A stretch of 57,305 nucleotides of DNA from Gemmatimonadales bacterium (GTDB lineage: Bacteria; Gemmatimonadota; Gemmatimonadetes; Gemmatimonadales; GWC2-71-9): the NCBI GenBank assembly GCA_036781225.1, contig DAIQBJ010000002.1:1-57305 (forward strand), written 5' to 3'. The notes under the pieces were generated by a model. It was not told where the DNA came from. It saw nothing but the letters and a program-made list of their open reading frames with translations, and searched no databases. Both the position numbers and the translations under genes were made by a program. Shown here piece after piece: positions 1 through 8,867 of the stretch (position 1 is its first letter; the number at the start of each line of letters is the position of its first letter).

Positions 1-2
1 AT

Positions 3-206
3 TTTGCTGACTCGGTGAAGTACACGAGCAACCTGGGTACGAATTTCGCGACGACGAGCGGCGTAGTCGGCCCCACCATTACGGTGACGGCTAATGGTTG
101 GACGGCTAATGTGAGCCACACCACGACCACGAAGACGTGCTCGATCTTTGTCGGGTCGACTCCGCTGGCGCCGGCCAACAAGGAAGGCGAGCCGAAGTGT
201 GTGTAA
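3..206 (+). CDS. 3' fragment of a secreted pilin-like protein (candidate type IV pilin C-terminal region; 5' end lies outside the window)
   Basis: The frame is open from the window edge to TAA at 204-206. The sequence is Thr/Ser/Gly-rich and ends in a Cys-x19-Cys pair (TKTCSIFVGSTPLAPANKEGEPKCV), which resembles the disulfide-bonded D-region of type IVa pilins. A strong intrinsic terminator follows. The N-terminal pilin helix is not visible, so the family call is tentative. Confidence 0.35.
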   Translation, partial: FADSVKYTSNLGTNFATTSGVVGPTITVTANGWTANVSHTTTTKTCSIFVGSTPLAPANKEGEPKCV

Positions 207-241
207 GGTTGGGGTTCTAAGACATCGGGTGACGCAGAGGG

Positions 242-274
242 ACGGCGGGGAGAAATCCCCGCCGTTTTCTTTTT
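242..274 (+). terminator. Rho-independent terminator downstream of the pilin-like gene
   Basis: A perfect 9-bp stem, ACGGCGGGG (242-250) pairing with CCCCGCCGT (257-265), encloses a 6-nt loop AGAAAT. It is followed by the T-tract TTTCTTTTT. Confidence 0.65.
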
Positions 275-278
275 GAAG

Positions 279-351
279 CTCCCGAGGCAGGACTCGAACC
301 TGCGACCCGCCGGTTAACAGCCGGCTGCTCTACCAACTGAGCTACTCGGGA
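279..351 (-). tRNA. tRNA-Asn (anticodon GTT)
   Basis: The reverse complement folds as a 73-nt cloverleaf. Its parts are acceptor UCCCGAG/CUCGGGA, D-arm GCUC-AGUUGGUA-GAGC, anticodon arm GCCGG-CUGUUAA-CCGGC (GUU), variable loop GGGUC, T-arm GCAGG-UUCGAGU-CCUGC and discriminator G. CCA is not encoded. Confidence 0.9.
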
Positions 352-446
352 ATGAAGGGCGGAATATAGACGAGACTCGGTCGGCATGAAACCGGGGCAG
401 GCGGCGGCCCTGGGAGCCCGATCAGCATCACACGCTCGGTCGCGGT

Positions 447-1352
447 CTAGGTGTCCGGCCTGACCGGCTGAGCGGCGAGGTCTCGGGCCTCGCCCAGCAC
501 GGCAAGCACCATTCCGACGAAAATGAGTGCTGCGCCAAGCGCCTGCGTCAGCGACAGCTCTTCGCCCCAGTACAGCCAGGATGTCACCGCGGCGACGACG
601 GGCTCCAGGCACAGAAGCAGCGACGCGCGCGCCGAAGACATGTGTCGCTGCGCGCGCATCTGCCACACGAGAGCCACTGCGGTCGCGATGACCCCGGTAA
701 AGACCAATGCAGAGATCAAGCCCGCCGACCACCCAATCCGAACGGGCTCAAGCAGGAGCGTCGCGAGCGAGACTCCTACCGTGGTCCCGGCGATCTGCAA
801 CCACACGAGGCGGCGTGCCTCGTAGCGTTTCGACAGCTCGGTGACCGCAACGATGTGGCCGCCAAACACGACCGCCGTGATCATCGTCCAGAGATCCCCG
901 CGATTCAATCCGCCGGCGTCCGGCGAAGTGAGGAAGTAAATCCCGACACCCGCGATCGCGAGTGCAATGAGCACCATCCAGCCGGTGCGATGTCGGAGGG
1001 CGATCAGCGCAACGAGCGGCGCGAGCACTGATGACAAGGCAACGATAAAGGCGGAGCGCGCGGGCGTCGTATACTGCAAGCCGACGGCCTGACAGGCGAA
1101 GCCGCTCGCGAGCAAGAGGGTGAGCAGCAATCCGCCGCGCAGCTCGCCACGCGACCATGGCGCGCGAAAGTCAACCAGCGGGCTCAGTGCGAGCGTGGCC
1201 AACGCGAATCGGATACTGAGAAAAACGAGCGGCGTACTGGCACTGAGCGCCTGTTTGACGATGACAAAACTCACGCCCCAGGTGAGGGTGGCGGCGATGA
1301 GGAGGAGGTCGGCCTGGCGGGCGGGTGTGCCGGTGGGCTGGCGGCCGGTCAA
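447..1352 (-). CDS. EamA/DMT-superfamily (RhaT-type) membrane permease
   Basis: The 301-aa protein is very hydrophobic, with about ten helices arranged in two repeated halves. The N-terminal stretch LLLIAATLTWGVSFVIVKQAL is typical of EamA domains. Its TTG start overlaps the uvrA stop (TTGA). Confidence 0.8.
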   Translation of the reverse strand: MTGRQPTGTPARQADLLLIAATLTWGVSFVIVKQALSASTPLVFLSIRFALATLALSPLVDFRAPWSRGELRGGLLLTLLLASGFACQAVGLQYTTPARSAFIVALSSVLAPLVALIALRHRTGWMVLIALAIAGVGIYFLTSPDAGGLNRGDLWTMITAVVFGGHIVAVTELSKRYEARRLVWLQIAGTTVGVSLATLLLEPVRIGWSAGLISALVFTGVIATAVALVWQMRAQRHMSSARASLLLCLEPVVAAVTSWLYWGEELSLTQALGAALIFVGMVLAVLGEARDLAAQPVRPDT

Positions 1353-4192
1353 ACCGCGCTCGCGAGCGTCAGATCGCGGAGAAAGCGTCCGGTGGGTGAT
1401 TCGGGGATCGCCGCGACGTCTTCGGGGGTCCCGGCGGCGACCACCGTTCCTCCCTGATCACCCGCGCCGGGGCCGAGGTCGATCACCCAGTCGGCGCGTT
1501 TGATCACGTCGAGATTGTGCTCGATTACCACGACCGTATGGCCGGCGTCCACCAGCCGATCGAGCACCCGGCAGAGCACCCGCACGTCATCGAGGTGCAG
1601 TCCGGTCGTGGGCTCGTCGAGAATGTAGAGTTTGCGTTTTCCGCCGGAGCGCTTGCTGCTGCCTGCCTGGGACAGCTCACGGGCGATCTTGAGGCGCTGT
1701 GCTTCGCCACCCGAGAGTGTCGTCGCGGATTGGCCCAGGTGCAAATATCCCAGACCCACTTGTTGCAAATACCACAGGCAGCGCGCCAGTCGTGGGTGGC
1801 GGTGGAGTTTTTGAATCGCCTGATCGACCGTCCAGTCGAGCGCCTGCGCGATATTGACGCCCTGCATTTTGACGTCGAGCACCTCGCGCTTGAAGCGCGT
1901 CCCGCCGCACACCTCGCAGGGCACGAAGACGTTGGCGAGGAAGACCATTTCGATGATGACGTGCCCGGCGCCTTCACAGGTCTCGCACCGTCCGCCCGCC
2001 ACATTGAATGAAAACGTGCTCGGCGCATAGCCGCGCGCTCTCGCCAGCGGCTCGTTGGCGAACAGCGCGCGCAGCTCGTCGAACGCCTTCACGTAGGTCA
2101 CGGGATTCGACCGCGGCGTGCGACCGATGGGGGCCTGGTCGATGCAGACCACATCCTCGAGCGCCTCCCACCCCTTCAACTCTTTGATCATGCCGACGGG
2201 CTCGCCAAGGTGCCGTTTGGCGGTGTGCTCGCCCTTGAGGCGCGCTTCGAGCTGCCGGTACAGGACGTCATGGACGAGCGTCGACTTGCCCGAGCCCGAT
2301 ACGCCCGTTACAGCCGTGAAGGTGCCCAGCGGAATGCGAACGTCCACACCGGCGAGATTATGCAGCCGAGCCCCTTTGATCTCGAGCCAGCGCGCCGCGG
2401 GCCGCCGTGCCGACGGCACGCCGATCCGCTTTTCGCCCGACAGATACTGCCCTGTGAGCGTGCCCGCCTCGCGCACGGCGGCGGCGGGGCCCTGATAGAC
2501 GAGCTGACCACCGTTCGCGCCACTCGCGGGTCCGAGCTCTACCATCCAGTCGGCGGCCCGCATGGCGGCCGGATCGTGCTCGACGACGACGACGGTGTTC
2601 CCTGCGTCTGAGAGCCGGCGCAACAGTCCGAGCAGGCGATCGACGTCGGCGGGATGCAGGCCGATCGACGGCTCGTCGAGCACATAGATCGTGTCGACGA
2701 GATGCGAGCCGAGTGCGTTGGAGAGCGCGATCCGCTGCGCCTCGCCGCCGGAGAGCGTGCGCGTTTGCCGGTCGAGCGTGAGATAGCCGAGGCCGACGTC
2801 GTTCACGAACCCCACGCGGGCTCGCAGCTCGCCGAGGATGTGGTCAGCCACCTGTTGCTGGAACGAGGGTAATTGGAGCTGCTCCATCCAGGCAGCGAGA
2901 TCAGCGGCTGTCAGCGCGGCGGCTTCGGCAATCGTCTTTCCAGCGACGCGCACGGCGAGCGATTCAGGCTTCAACCGGGCGCCATTGCAGCCGGGGCAGG
3001 TCTTGGCGAGCTGGTACTGCCGCAGGAAGACGCGGATGTACTGCTTGTACCGTTTTGCTTCGAGCCGCTCCAGGAACGGGAAGATCCCGAGATAGCGGCC
3101 ACCCTTGTTATGCAGCAGGAAGTGGCGCTCGCGCGCCGGGATGTCGCGCCAGGACGCGTCGAAGTCGATGCTCCGGGCACGGGCCGTCTCGCGCAGCAGT
3201 CGCCGCCGTCCTTCGTACCGTGGTTTCGTCCAGGGATCGAGCGCGCCGTCGGCGAGGGAGCGGCGCGGATCGGGCACGATGAGGGACTCGTCGTACTCGA
3301 GCACTGCGCCGAAGCCGTTGCAGGTCGGACACGCGCCGCGCGGATTATTGAAGGAAAAGAGCGTTGGGGTCAGCAGTGGGGCGGCGCAGCCGCAGGATGA
3401 GCATGCGGGGTGCTCGGAGAAGCGCCGCCGGTCGCCATTGTTGAGCGCCAACGCGACGCCCTCGCCTTCGCTGAAGGCCGTGGCGATCGCATCGGCCAGG
3501 CGACCGCGATTCTCGACGGTTGGCGCGATGCGATCGACCAGTACGAGAACGTCCGTGCCCGTCCGCACCCGTCCTTCCGCGCCCTCCTCATCGAGACGCA
3601 CGACAGCGCCGTCGACCTGGGCGCGCACGAATCCCGCCGCGCGTAGTTGCGCGGCAATCTCGACTTCAGGACGTTGGGCGGATTGGGGCAGGGGGAATGC
3701 GACGATCACGTTTCCCGTATCGCCTGTGCCGTGTCCCGGGTCTCCAGACCGGTTTCCCGACAGTACGTCATCCACCGCTTCCTGCACGGTATCGCGTTTC
3801 ACCTCGTGACCGCATTGCAGGCAGCTCTGCGTGCCGGCGCGGGCCCACAGCAAGCGGAGGAAATCAGCAATTTCGGTGGCTGTACCGACGGTGGATCGGC
3901 TTGACGTCGTGGGGTTTTTCTGTTCGATCGCGACCGCCGGCGAAATGCCTTCCATCGCATCGACCAAAGGCTTAGGCATCCGCTCGAGAAATTGCTTCGC
4001 ATACGTCGAGAGCGATTCGATGTAACGCCGCTGGCCCTCCGCATAGAGGGTATCGAATGCGAGCGAGCTCTTTCCCGACCCCGATGGACCCGTGACGACC
4101 GACAGCGCCCGGCGCGGGAACTCGACCGTGATCCCCTTCAGATTATGCTGGCGTACGTTGCGGAGAACGATCCGTTGAGGGGCGCGATGCAT
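1349..4192 (-). CDS. uvrA: Excinuclease ABC subunit A (UvrA family)
   Basis: The protein is 947 aa. It has a first Walker A and ABC module ([34 protein letters not shown]) and a second Walker A ([10 protein letters not shown]). Two LSGGE signature motifs are present. Zn-module Cys pairs are [28 protein letters not shown] and CEVCGG. Confidence 0.9.
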   Translation of the reverse strand: MHRAPQRIVLRNVRQHNLKGITVEFPRRALSVVTGPSGSGKSSLAFDTLYAEGQRRYIESLSTYAKQFLERMPKPLVDAMEGISPAVAIEQKNPTTSSRSTVGTATEIADFLRLLWARAGTQSCLQCGHEVKRDTVQEAVDDVLSGNRSGDPGHGTGDTGNVIVAFPLPQSAQRPEVEIAAQLRAAGFVRAQVDGAVVRLDEEGAEGRVRTGTDVLVLVDRIAPTVENRGRLADAIATAFSEGEGVALALNNGDRRRFSEHPACSSCGCAAPLLTPTLFSFNNPRGACPTCNGFGAVLEYDESLIVPDPRRSLADGALDPWTKPRYEGRRRLLRETARARSIDFDASWRDIPARERHFLLHNKGGRYLGIFPFLERLEAKRYKQYIRVFLRQYQLAKTCPGCNGARLKPESLAVRVAGKTIAEAAALTAADLAAWMEQLQLPSFQQQVADHILGELRARVGFVNDVGLGYLTLDRQTRTLSGGEAQRIALSNALGSHLVDTIYVLDEPSIGLHPADVDRLLGLLRRLSDAGNTVVVVEHDPAAMRAADWMVELGPASGANGGQLVYQGPAAAVREAGTLTGQYLSGEKRIGVPSARRPAARWLEIKGARLHNLAGVDVRIPLGTFTAVTGVSGSGKSTLVHDVLYRQLEARLKGEHTAKRHLGEPVGMIKELKGWEALEDVVCIDQAPIGRTPRSNPVTYVKAFDELRALFANEPLARARGYAPSTFSFNVAGGRCETCEGAGHVIIEMVFLANVFVPCEVCGGTRFKREVLDVKMQGVNIAQALDWTVDQAIQKLHRHPRLARCLWYLQQVGLGYLHLGQSATTLSGGEAQRLKIARELSQAGSSKRSGGKRKLYILDEPTTGLHLDDVRVLCRVLDRLVDAGHTVVVIEHNLDVIKRADWVIDLGPGAGDQGGTVVAAGTPEDVAAIPESPTGRFLRDLTLASAV

Positions 4193-4214
4193 AACCAGCT
4201 AAGATAACCCAATA

Positions 4215-4270
4215 GGTGCTAGGTGTCTGGTGTCAGGGGGTTCGCGGCTGACACCAGAAACCCGACACCT
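4215..4270. promoter_or_regulatory. Repeat array and inverted repeat in the uvrA divergent intergenic region (candidate operator)
   Basis: Three tandem heptads GGTGCTA-GGTGTCT-GGTGTCA occupy 4215-4235. A perfect 10-bp inverted repeat pairs CTGGTGTCAG (4227-4236) with CTGACACCAG (4248-4257) across an 11-nt spacer. An outer pair AGGTGTC (4221-4227) and GACACCT (4264-4270) flanks it. The array lies 23-78 nt from the uvrA start codon. Confidence 0.4.
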
Positions 4271-4303
4271 GTCCAAATCCACCAATCTTTTCTAGTTTCG
4301 CGC

Positions 4304-5386
4304 GTGCCCCTAGCGCTCACCCCCCGCCTCCTCCGTCGAGGCCTCGAGCTGTTCGCCATCATCTCCCTGTGCGGGGTCGCCCTCCTCGTTGGCTACTATC
4401 TCATTCGTTTCGGCGACCGGGCGGACGTTTTCCTGACGCCGTTCCTGCGGCTGCATTGGAGTTGGGTGGCCGTTGGGTTGGTACTGGCGTCGATGGACTG
4501 GGTGGGCGGGGGTCTGCGACTGTGGGTCTGTACCCGCCACATCTATCCGGGCGTCAGGCTGCGCGACATGATCGTGGCAGGCGGGTTCGGCGCATACGGC
4601 GCCTATCTCACGCCGTTTCAGTCGGGCTCGGCCCCGATGTCCGTGTGGGTCATGAAGCGCGCCGGGGTCCCTGTCCCCGTGGCCTTGAGCGCCATCTTCG
4701 TGACATTCATCGCGACGGTGGCTTTTTTTGCGATCGCCGGTCCACTCGCAGTCTGGTTCGGCGCCGGCAAGTCGTTAGCGCAGCACGGACTGATCCTCGG
4801 CATCACCCTCTACGACCTTTTCAAAACCAGCCTCACGATCTTCGGCATCATCGGGGTGCTGATGTTCATGGCCGTCGTCTTTCCGGGCGTCGTGAAGCGC
4901 TTGATTCAGCGACTCGCCACGCGGATCGGTCGCCGGAACGCGCGGGCCGCGGCGCGAATGGAGAAGCTGTCGGGCGGCGTGGACCGGGCCCACGACTGCA
5001 TGGTCGCGTTCGGATCGCCGAAAGGACTGCTCACGCTGCTGCTCGCGGTCGTCATCTCGGCGCCGTCGCACGCAAACAAGTTACTGGCCGGCTATGTCAC
5101 CATGCGGATCCTGGGTATTCCAGCTGACTTTGCCGACATCCTCCTTCTGCAGACCCTCATCTCGTTCCTGCTGTACTTTGCTCCCACGCCGGGAGCCTCG
5201 GGCCTCGCGGAATTGACCTCCGCCGCCGTCATGTCGCTGTATGTCCCGCGCGAGCTGACACCGAGCTACACGCTGATCTGGCGATTCATCAACAGCTACG
5301 CGACGGTCATCGTCGGCTCTCTGATCTTCTGGTACTGGCTGCGCAGCGGGCTCATCGGACGTGAAGAATCGGTGGGGATCACATAA
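4304..5386 (+). CDS. Polytopic inner-membrane protein, candidate UPF0104 / lysyl-PG-synthase-TM (flippase-like) family
   Basis: The ORF track opens at GTG 4223. I prefer GTG 4304 (MPLALTPRLLRRGLELFAIISL...) because 4223-4270 is occupied by the repeat array. The protein has about 8 hydrophobic helices and a basic N-terminus. Its size and layout fit flippase-like domain proteins. The family call is by resemblance only. Confidence 0.55.
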   Translation: MPLALTPRLLRRGLELFAIISLCGVALLVGYYLIRFGDRADVFLTPFLRLHWSWVAVGLVLASMDWVGGGLRLWVCTRHIYPGVRLRDMIVAGGFGAYGAYLTPFQSGSAPMSVWVMKRAGVPVPVALSAIFVTFIATVAFFAIAGPLAVWFGAGKSLAQHGLILGITLYDLFKTSLTIFGIIGVLMFMAVVFPGVVKRLIQRLATRIGRRNARAAARMEKLSGGVDRAHDCMVAFGSPKGLLTLLLAVVISAPSHANKLLAGYVTMRILGIPADFADILLLQTLISFLLYFAPTPGASGLAELTSAAVMSLYVPRELTPSYTLIWRFINSYATVIVGSLIFWYWLRSGLIGREESVGIT

Positions 5387-5483
5387 CATCTGCGTAGGGG
5401 TCACCTAACTTCTGGTTCCTTGCCCAGTTATACGCACGGGCGTAACTTCTCGGGCCTGGTCACGGACGCGGGAGCGAGCTTAC

Positions 5484-6893
5484 ATGGCGTTGCTTGAGTT
5501 GGGAGGGCGGGGGGGCCAAAAGTTTGCACTCCCGCAGGGCGAGGTGTTACTCGGTGCAGATGCTTCCTGCGCCATCCCGTTAGCTGCTCCAGGTGTCCTC
5601 CCGCGTCACGCCACATTCAAAACCCAATCCGATGGACAAGTCGTCATCAGCAAGGCCGTTCCCGAGGCCGAAGTGCTCATCAACGGCGTCCGCCTGGGCG
5701 CCGAGCCCACCCCCCTGTTGCATGGCGACAAGGTGGAAGTGGGAGGCCAGGAGCTGACGTTCGTCGACGAGCGACGCAGCGGCAGCACGCAGTACGTGAA
5801 GGCGATGAGCATGCCCCAAGCACAGGCCAAAGGGGAGGGAAAAGGAGGCAAGGCCACCGGCAACACGGGTGGTCGCGTGGTATCCCTGACGGACGGCCGC
5901 GAGTACGCGATCACGGGGTCGTCGCTGGTGTTCGGTCGTGACGCATCGTGCGATGTGGTTGTTCCGGGTAAGGACGTGTCCCGCCGCCACGCCGAGATCG
6001 TCCAGACTCCAAAGGGATACTTGCTGGTCGATTCCAGCACGAACGGGACGTCGGTCAACGACGTTCGACTCGAGGGACAGCGCCTGCTGGCGCGAGCCGA
6101 CGTAATCACGATCGGAGAAGAGAAGTTCCGGTTCTATGCCGATACGTTGGTGGCTGAGGCAGCCCCATCGGTCGGCCAGGCCTCGAAGCCCGTCGCGCCT
6201 CCCCCTCCCCCTCCCGCTCCCCCCACCCCTCCCCCTCCCGCACCGGGCGCCGGGCGCCTCCGCGAAACCGTGCATGGCATCCCCTCTGCCGCGGCAGCAC
6301 CCGGAGCCCCTAGGCCAGCCAGCGGTCCCCTGGCGAGCTTTATCGTCAAGAGCGGGGCCCTGAAGGGGCAGCGACTGGCCGTCAAGACGCCGGTCGTGAA
6401 CATCGGGCGGGCGGACTACAATGATCTGGTCTTGCCCGACGAGTCCGTCTCCACGACGCATGCGAAGCTGCAGCGTCGCGAAGGTGTATGGGTGTTGGTA
6501 GACCTCGATTCGACCAACGGGACATTCGTCGATGGGGACCAGGTGAAGGGCGAGACGCCACTCGCGCCTGGGGCGACCGTCCGGTTCGGCGAAATCGGGT
6601 TGGTGTTCGAGCCGACGGATGATGCGGCGGCCGTCGCCAAGGGCGGCAGCACCCGGATGATGGAAGTGATGACGATGGAGCCCGCGCCGAAGCCCAAGGC
6701 GCAGCCGGCCGCACCGAAGCCTGCAGCCCCACGGCCGGTCGCGGCAAAGCCTGTGGCGGCGAAGCCTGCCGCCGCAAAACCGAAGGGAGCCAAGGCGCCG
6801 GTTGCTCAGCAAAAGAAAGGTAGCGGCTGCGGTGGCAGCGCCGCCGTCCTTCTCCTGATGATAGTCGGATTGGTTTACTGGGTGTTCATCTAG
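5484..6893 (+). CDS. Triple-FHA-domain protein with Pro-rich linkers and a C-terminal transmembrane anchor
   Basis: There are three FHA-like modules. FHA2 is FGRDASCDVVV..SRRHAEI..STNGTSVND. FHA3 is IGRADYNDLVL..STTHAKL..STNGTFVDG. FHA1 (LGADASCAIPL..LPRHATF..INGVRL) lacks the conserved Arg and Ser. A PPPPPPAPPTPPPPAP linker and (A/P)AKP repeats follow. The C-terminus is the hydrophobic stretch AAVLLLMIVGLVYWVFI. Confidence 0.85.
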   Translation: MALLELGGRGGQKFALPQGEVLLGADASCAIPLAAPGVLPRHATFKTQSDGQVVISKAVPEAEVLINGVRLGAEPTPLLHGDKVEVGGQELTFVDERRSGSTQYVKAMSMPQAQAKGEGKGGKATGNTGGRVVSLTDGREYAITGSSLVFGRDASCDVVVPGKDVSRRHAEIVQTPKGYLLVDSSTNGTSVNDVRLEGQRLLARADVITIGEEKFRFYADTLVAEAAPSVGQASKPVAPPPPPPAPPTPPPPAPGAGRLRETVHGIPSAAAAPGAPRPASGPLASFIVKSGALKGQRLAVKTPVVNIGRADYNDLVLPDESVSTTHAKLQRREGVWVLVDLDSTNGTFVDGDQVKGETPLAPGATVRFGEIGLVFEPTDDAAAVAKGGSTRMMEVMTMEPAPKPKAQPAAPKPAAPRPVAAKPVAAKPAAAKPKGAKAPVAQQKKGSGCGGSAAVLLLMIVGLVYWVFI

Positions 6894-6900
6894 ACAACAC

Positions 6901-7686
6901 GTGCATATCACAAGCGCTGGACGCACCGATGTCGGCGTCATCCGGTCGGGGAATGAGGATAGCTACCTCATGGTGCCCGACCGCGGCATCTTCGTCGTTG
7001 CCGACGGCATGGGTGGGCACGCCGCGGGCGAGGTGGCCAGTGAAATGGCCGTGCGCTTCGTGGCGCGAGAGCTCGACTCGCTGCGCGGGCTGGGCGACGA
7101 GCAGGTAGCGGAGCGGATGCGCGGGGCGATCCGCGCCGCCAACGGCGCGATCTTCCAACGCACACTCACCGAGCACGACAAGCGCGGCATGGGGACCACG
7201 GTCACCGCGCTGACGCTGTTCGAGACGCGATTCCTGATCGGCCAGGTGGGCGACAGTCGTGCGTACCTGTTGCGCGATACCCGCCTCAGCCAGCTCACGA
7301 AAGATCACTCCTACGTCCAAGAGCAGGTGGATGCCGGATATCTGACGCCGGAGCAGGCGCGGACGCATCCGTACAGCAACGTGATCACGCGCTGCGTGGG
7401 CGCGAACAGCGATGTGATGCCGGACATCTATGTCGGCACGGTCAAGCCGAAGGACGTTTTCCTGTTGGCGTCCGACGGCCTCACCGGGATGCTGGAGGAC
7501 TATCAGCTGCAGGATCTGTTGTCGCCCGACCGTATGCCGCAGGACGAGGTCGACGCGCTGATCGCCGAGGCCAATCGGCATGGTGGGCTCGACAACATCA
7601 CGGCGATCATCGTGCGGGTCGATTCGGTCGATCCAGCGCCGCAGGAGGACGTGAAGACTCAGGCGCCGACGCGCAGCAAGCCCTGA
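6901..7686 (+). CDS. PP2C-family Ser/Thr protein phosphatase (Stp/PstP-like, catalytic domain only)
   Basis: The protein is 261 aa. Diagnostic PPM motifs are GRTDVGVIRSGNEDS, VADGMGGHAAGEVAS, LASDGL and GGLDNITAIIV. Confidence 0.9.
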   Translation: MHITSAGRTDVGVIRSGNEDSYLMVPDRGIFVVADGMGGHAAGEVASEMAVRFVARELDSLRGLGDEQVAERMRGAIRAANGAIFQRTLTEHDKRGMGTTVTALTLFETRFLIGQVGDSRAYLLRDTRLSQLTKDHSYVQEQVDAGYLTPEQARTHPYSNVITRCVGANSDVMPDIYVGTVKPKDVFLLASDGLTGMLEDYQLQDLLSPDRMPQDEVDALIAEANRHGGLDNITAIIVRVDSVDPAPQEDVKTQAPTRSKP

Positions 7687-8858
7687 TCGGCATTCAGCCG
7701 CGCTTCCACTTCGCTCCGCGGCCACGTTACCAGCTCCACGATCGCCCGCGCTGGAATCTCCACCGCCTCCAACACGAACACCCGCAGCCGCTGCGCCGAA
7801 CGATGCAGCTCGCTCGCGACGCGTGGCAGGCCCAGGTATTCGCTGGCGCTGCCGGGCCGGCCGACAACGGGCACGGTCACCTCGAGCATATCGGGCTTCG
7901 ACGGGAAATCGAGAAACAGGTGATCGGCGCCGAGTCCCAGCTCGCGTGCCAGACGCGCTTCCACCCGTTCCAGTAGATCGGGATCGCGTGACGGCCAGTC
8001 GGCCGTCTCCGCCGGCAGCTCCGTCGCCGGAATGTCGAGAGCGCGCTTTGCGAGCCGGCGGTCGCGCAACGCGCGCGCGAGCCCCCCCCCGGTCGCGTCG
8101 CTCAATTGTAGCTCGTGGCTCAGCCCATCGTCGGTCGCCAGCGCGATCTCGTCCGGAGATACGCGACGCGCGGCGATGGCCCGGCGCACGAGCCGCTTGA
8201 ACATCGCGGTCGCGCTGCGTACCGCGTGATGCCAGTAGACGTTGCGGTACATCTGGTATTTGGCGAACAACAGCGACTCGAGTGCGGCGAGGCCCTTGGC
8301 GTGGAGCGCGACCCCCTGCGGTCCGATCGTCAGCGAAGTCAGCAGCCGGTCGACGTCGATCACGCCATACGGCACGCCGCACATGGTCGCGTCGCGCGAG
8401 AGGTAATCGAGCTTATCGACGTCCAGTGAGCCGGCGACCACGCCAGAAAGTGGCGAAGGGCTCCTGCCTTGAATCAGCTGCAGCACCCGCTCGACGGAAA
8501 CGCCCAGCCCCTCGAGCACGCCGGCCAGTGGACCGCTGCGCAGATGACGTGTGGCCAGCGTTTCGTGGCGAGGCAACCCGGCTTCCTCGAGCGCATGGGA
8601 AAACGGATAGTGGCCGATGTCGTGCAGCAGCGCGGCGAGCCTGATGTCGCGATCCTGAGTCACGCGACCGGCCAGGTGATAGGTGCCGAGCGCATGCTCG
8701 AACCGCGTATGCGTGGCGCCGGGGTAGACCAGGAACGCGTGGCCGAGCTGCCGCACATACCGCAGCCGCTGGAACGCGGGCGTGTCGATTACGGCGAGAG
8801 CCTCTGGCTCGAGGCGGATGTTGTTCCAGAGCGGGTCGCGGACGACCTCGAAGGACAC
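7659..8858 (-). CDS. HD-domain metal-dependent phosphohydrolase (COG1078 / SAMHD1-dGTPase-like superfamily)
   Basis: The N-terminus FQRLRYVRQLG..VYPGATHTRFEHALGTYHL followed by LLHDIGHYPFSHALEE gives the H..HD..D signature. The 3' end overlaps the convergent PP2C gene by 28 nt. Confidence 0.8.
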   Translation of the reverse strand: MSFEVVRDPLWNNIRLEPEALAVIDTPAFQRLRYVRQLGHAFLVYPGATHTRFEHALGTYHLAGRVTQDRDIRLAALLHDIGHYPFSHALEEAGLPRHETLATRHLRSGPLAGVLEGLGVSVERVLQLIQGRSPSPLSGVVAGSLDVDKLDYLSRDATMCGVPYGVIDVDRLLTSLTIGPQGVALHAKGLAALESLLFAKYQMYRNVYWHHAVRSATAMFKRLVRRAIAARRVSPDEIALATDDGLSHELQLSDATGGGLARALRDRRLAKRALDIPATELPAETADWPSRDPDLLERVEARLARELGLGADHLFLDFPSKPDMLEVTVPVVGRPGSASEYLGLPRVASELHRSAQRLRVFVLEAVEIPARAIVELVTWPRSEVEARLNADQGLLRVGA

Positions 8859-8867
8859 GCGACTGGC

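Noticed and set aside
206-447. The tRNA-Asn could be an integration hotspot for a genomic island or prophage.
   Set aside because: No integrase gene is present. I saw no duplicated tRNA 3' segment in the window and no compositional shift on either side. The flanking genes are ordinary, apart from a possible -10 (TATATT, reverse complement of 363-368) for the tRNA itself.
4227-4257. The 10-bp inverted repeat near uvrA could be interpreted as a defined LexA (SOS) box.
   Set aside because: The sequence does not match the LexA consensus motifs I know: CTGT-N8-ACAG, GAAC-N4-GTTC or GTTC-N7-GTTC. I reported it only as an unassigned candidate operator.
5406-5463. A direct repeat TAACTTCT (5406-5413 and 5443-5450) and a repeated GGTCAC lie upstream of the FHA gene.
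   Set aside because: These are short 8-bp matches 37 bp apart with no symmetry and no supporting promoter geometry. They are compatible with chance.
6181-6250. A C-rich simple-sequence tract (CCCCCTCCCCCTCCC...) could look like a regulatory or hypervariable repeat.
   Set aside because: It is in frame inside the FHA protein and encodes the PPPPPPAPPTPPPPAP inter-domain linker. There are no flanking repeat units or spacers.
5580-8382. Very long minus-strand ORFs (5580-6941, 453 aa; 6886-8382, 498 aa) lie opposite the FHA, PP2C and HD genes.
   Set aside because: Their composition is Arg/Gly/Ala/Pro-rich low complexity with no motifs, typical of antisense shadow frames in GC-rich DNA. The opposite or alternate frames carry unmistakable FHA, PP2C and HD signatures.
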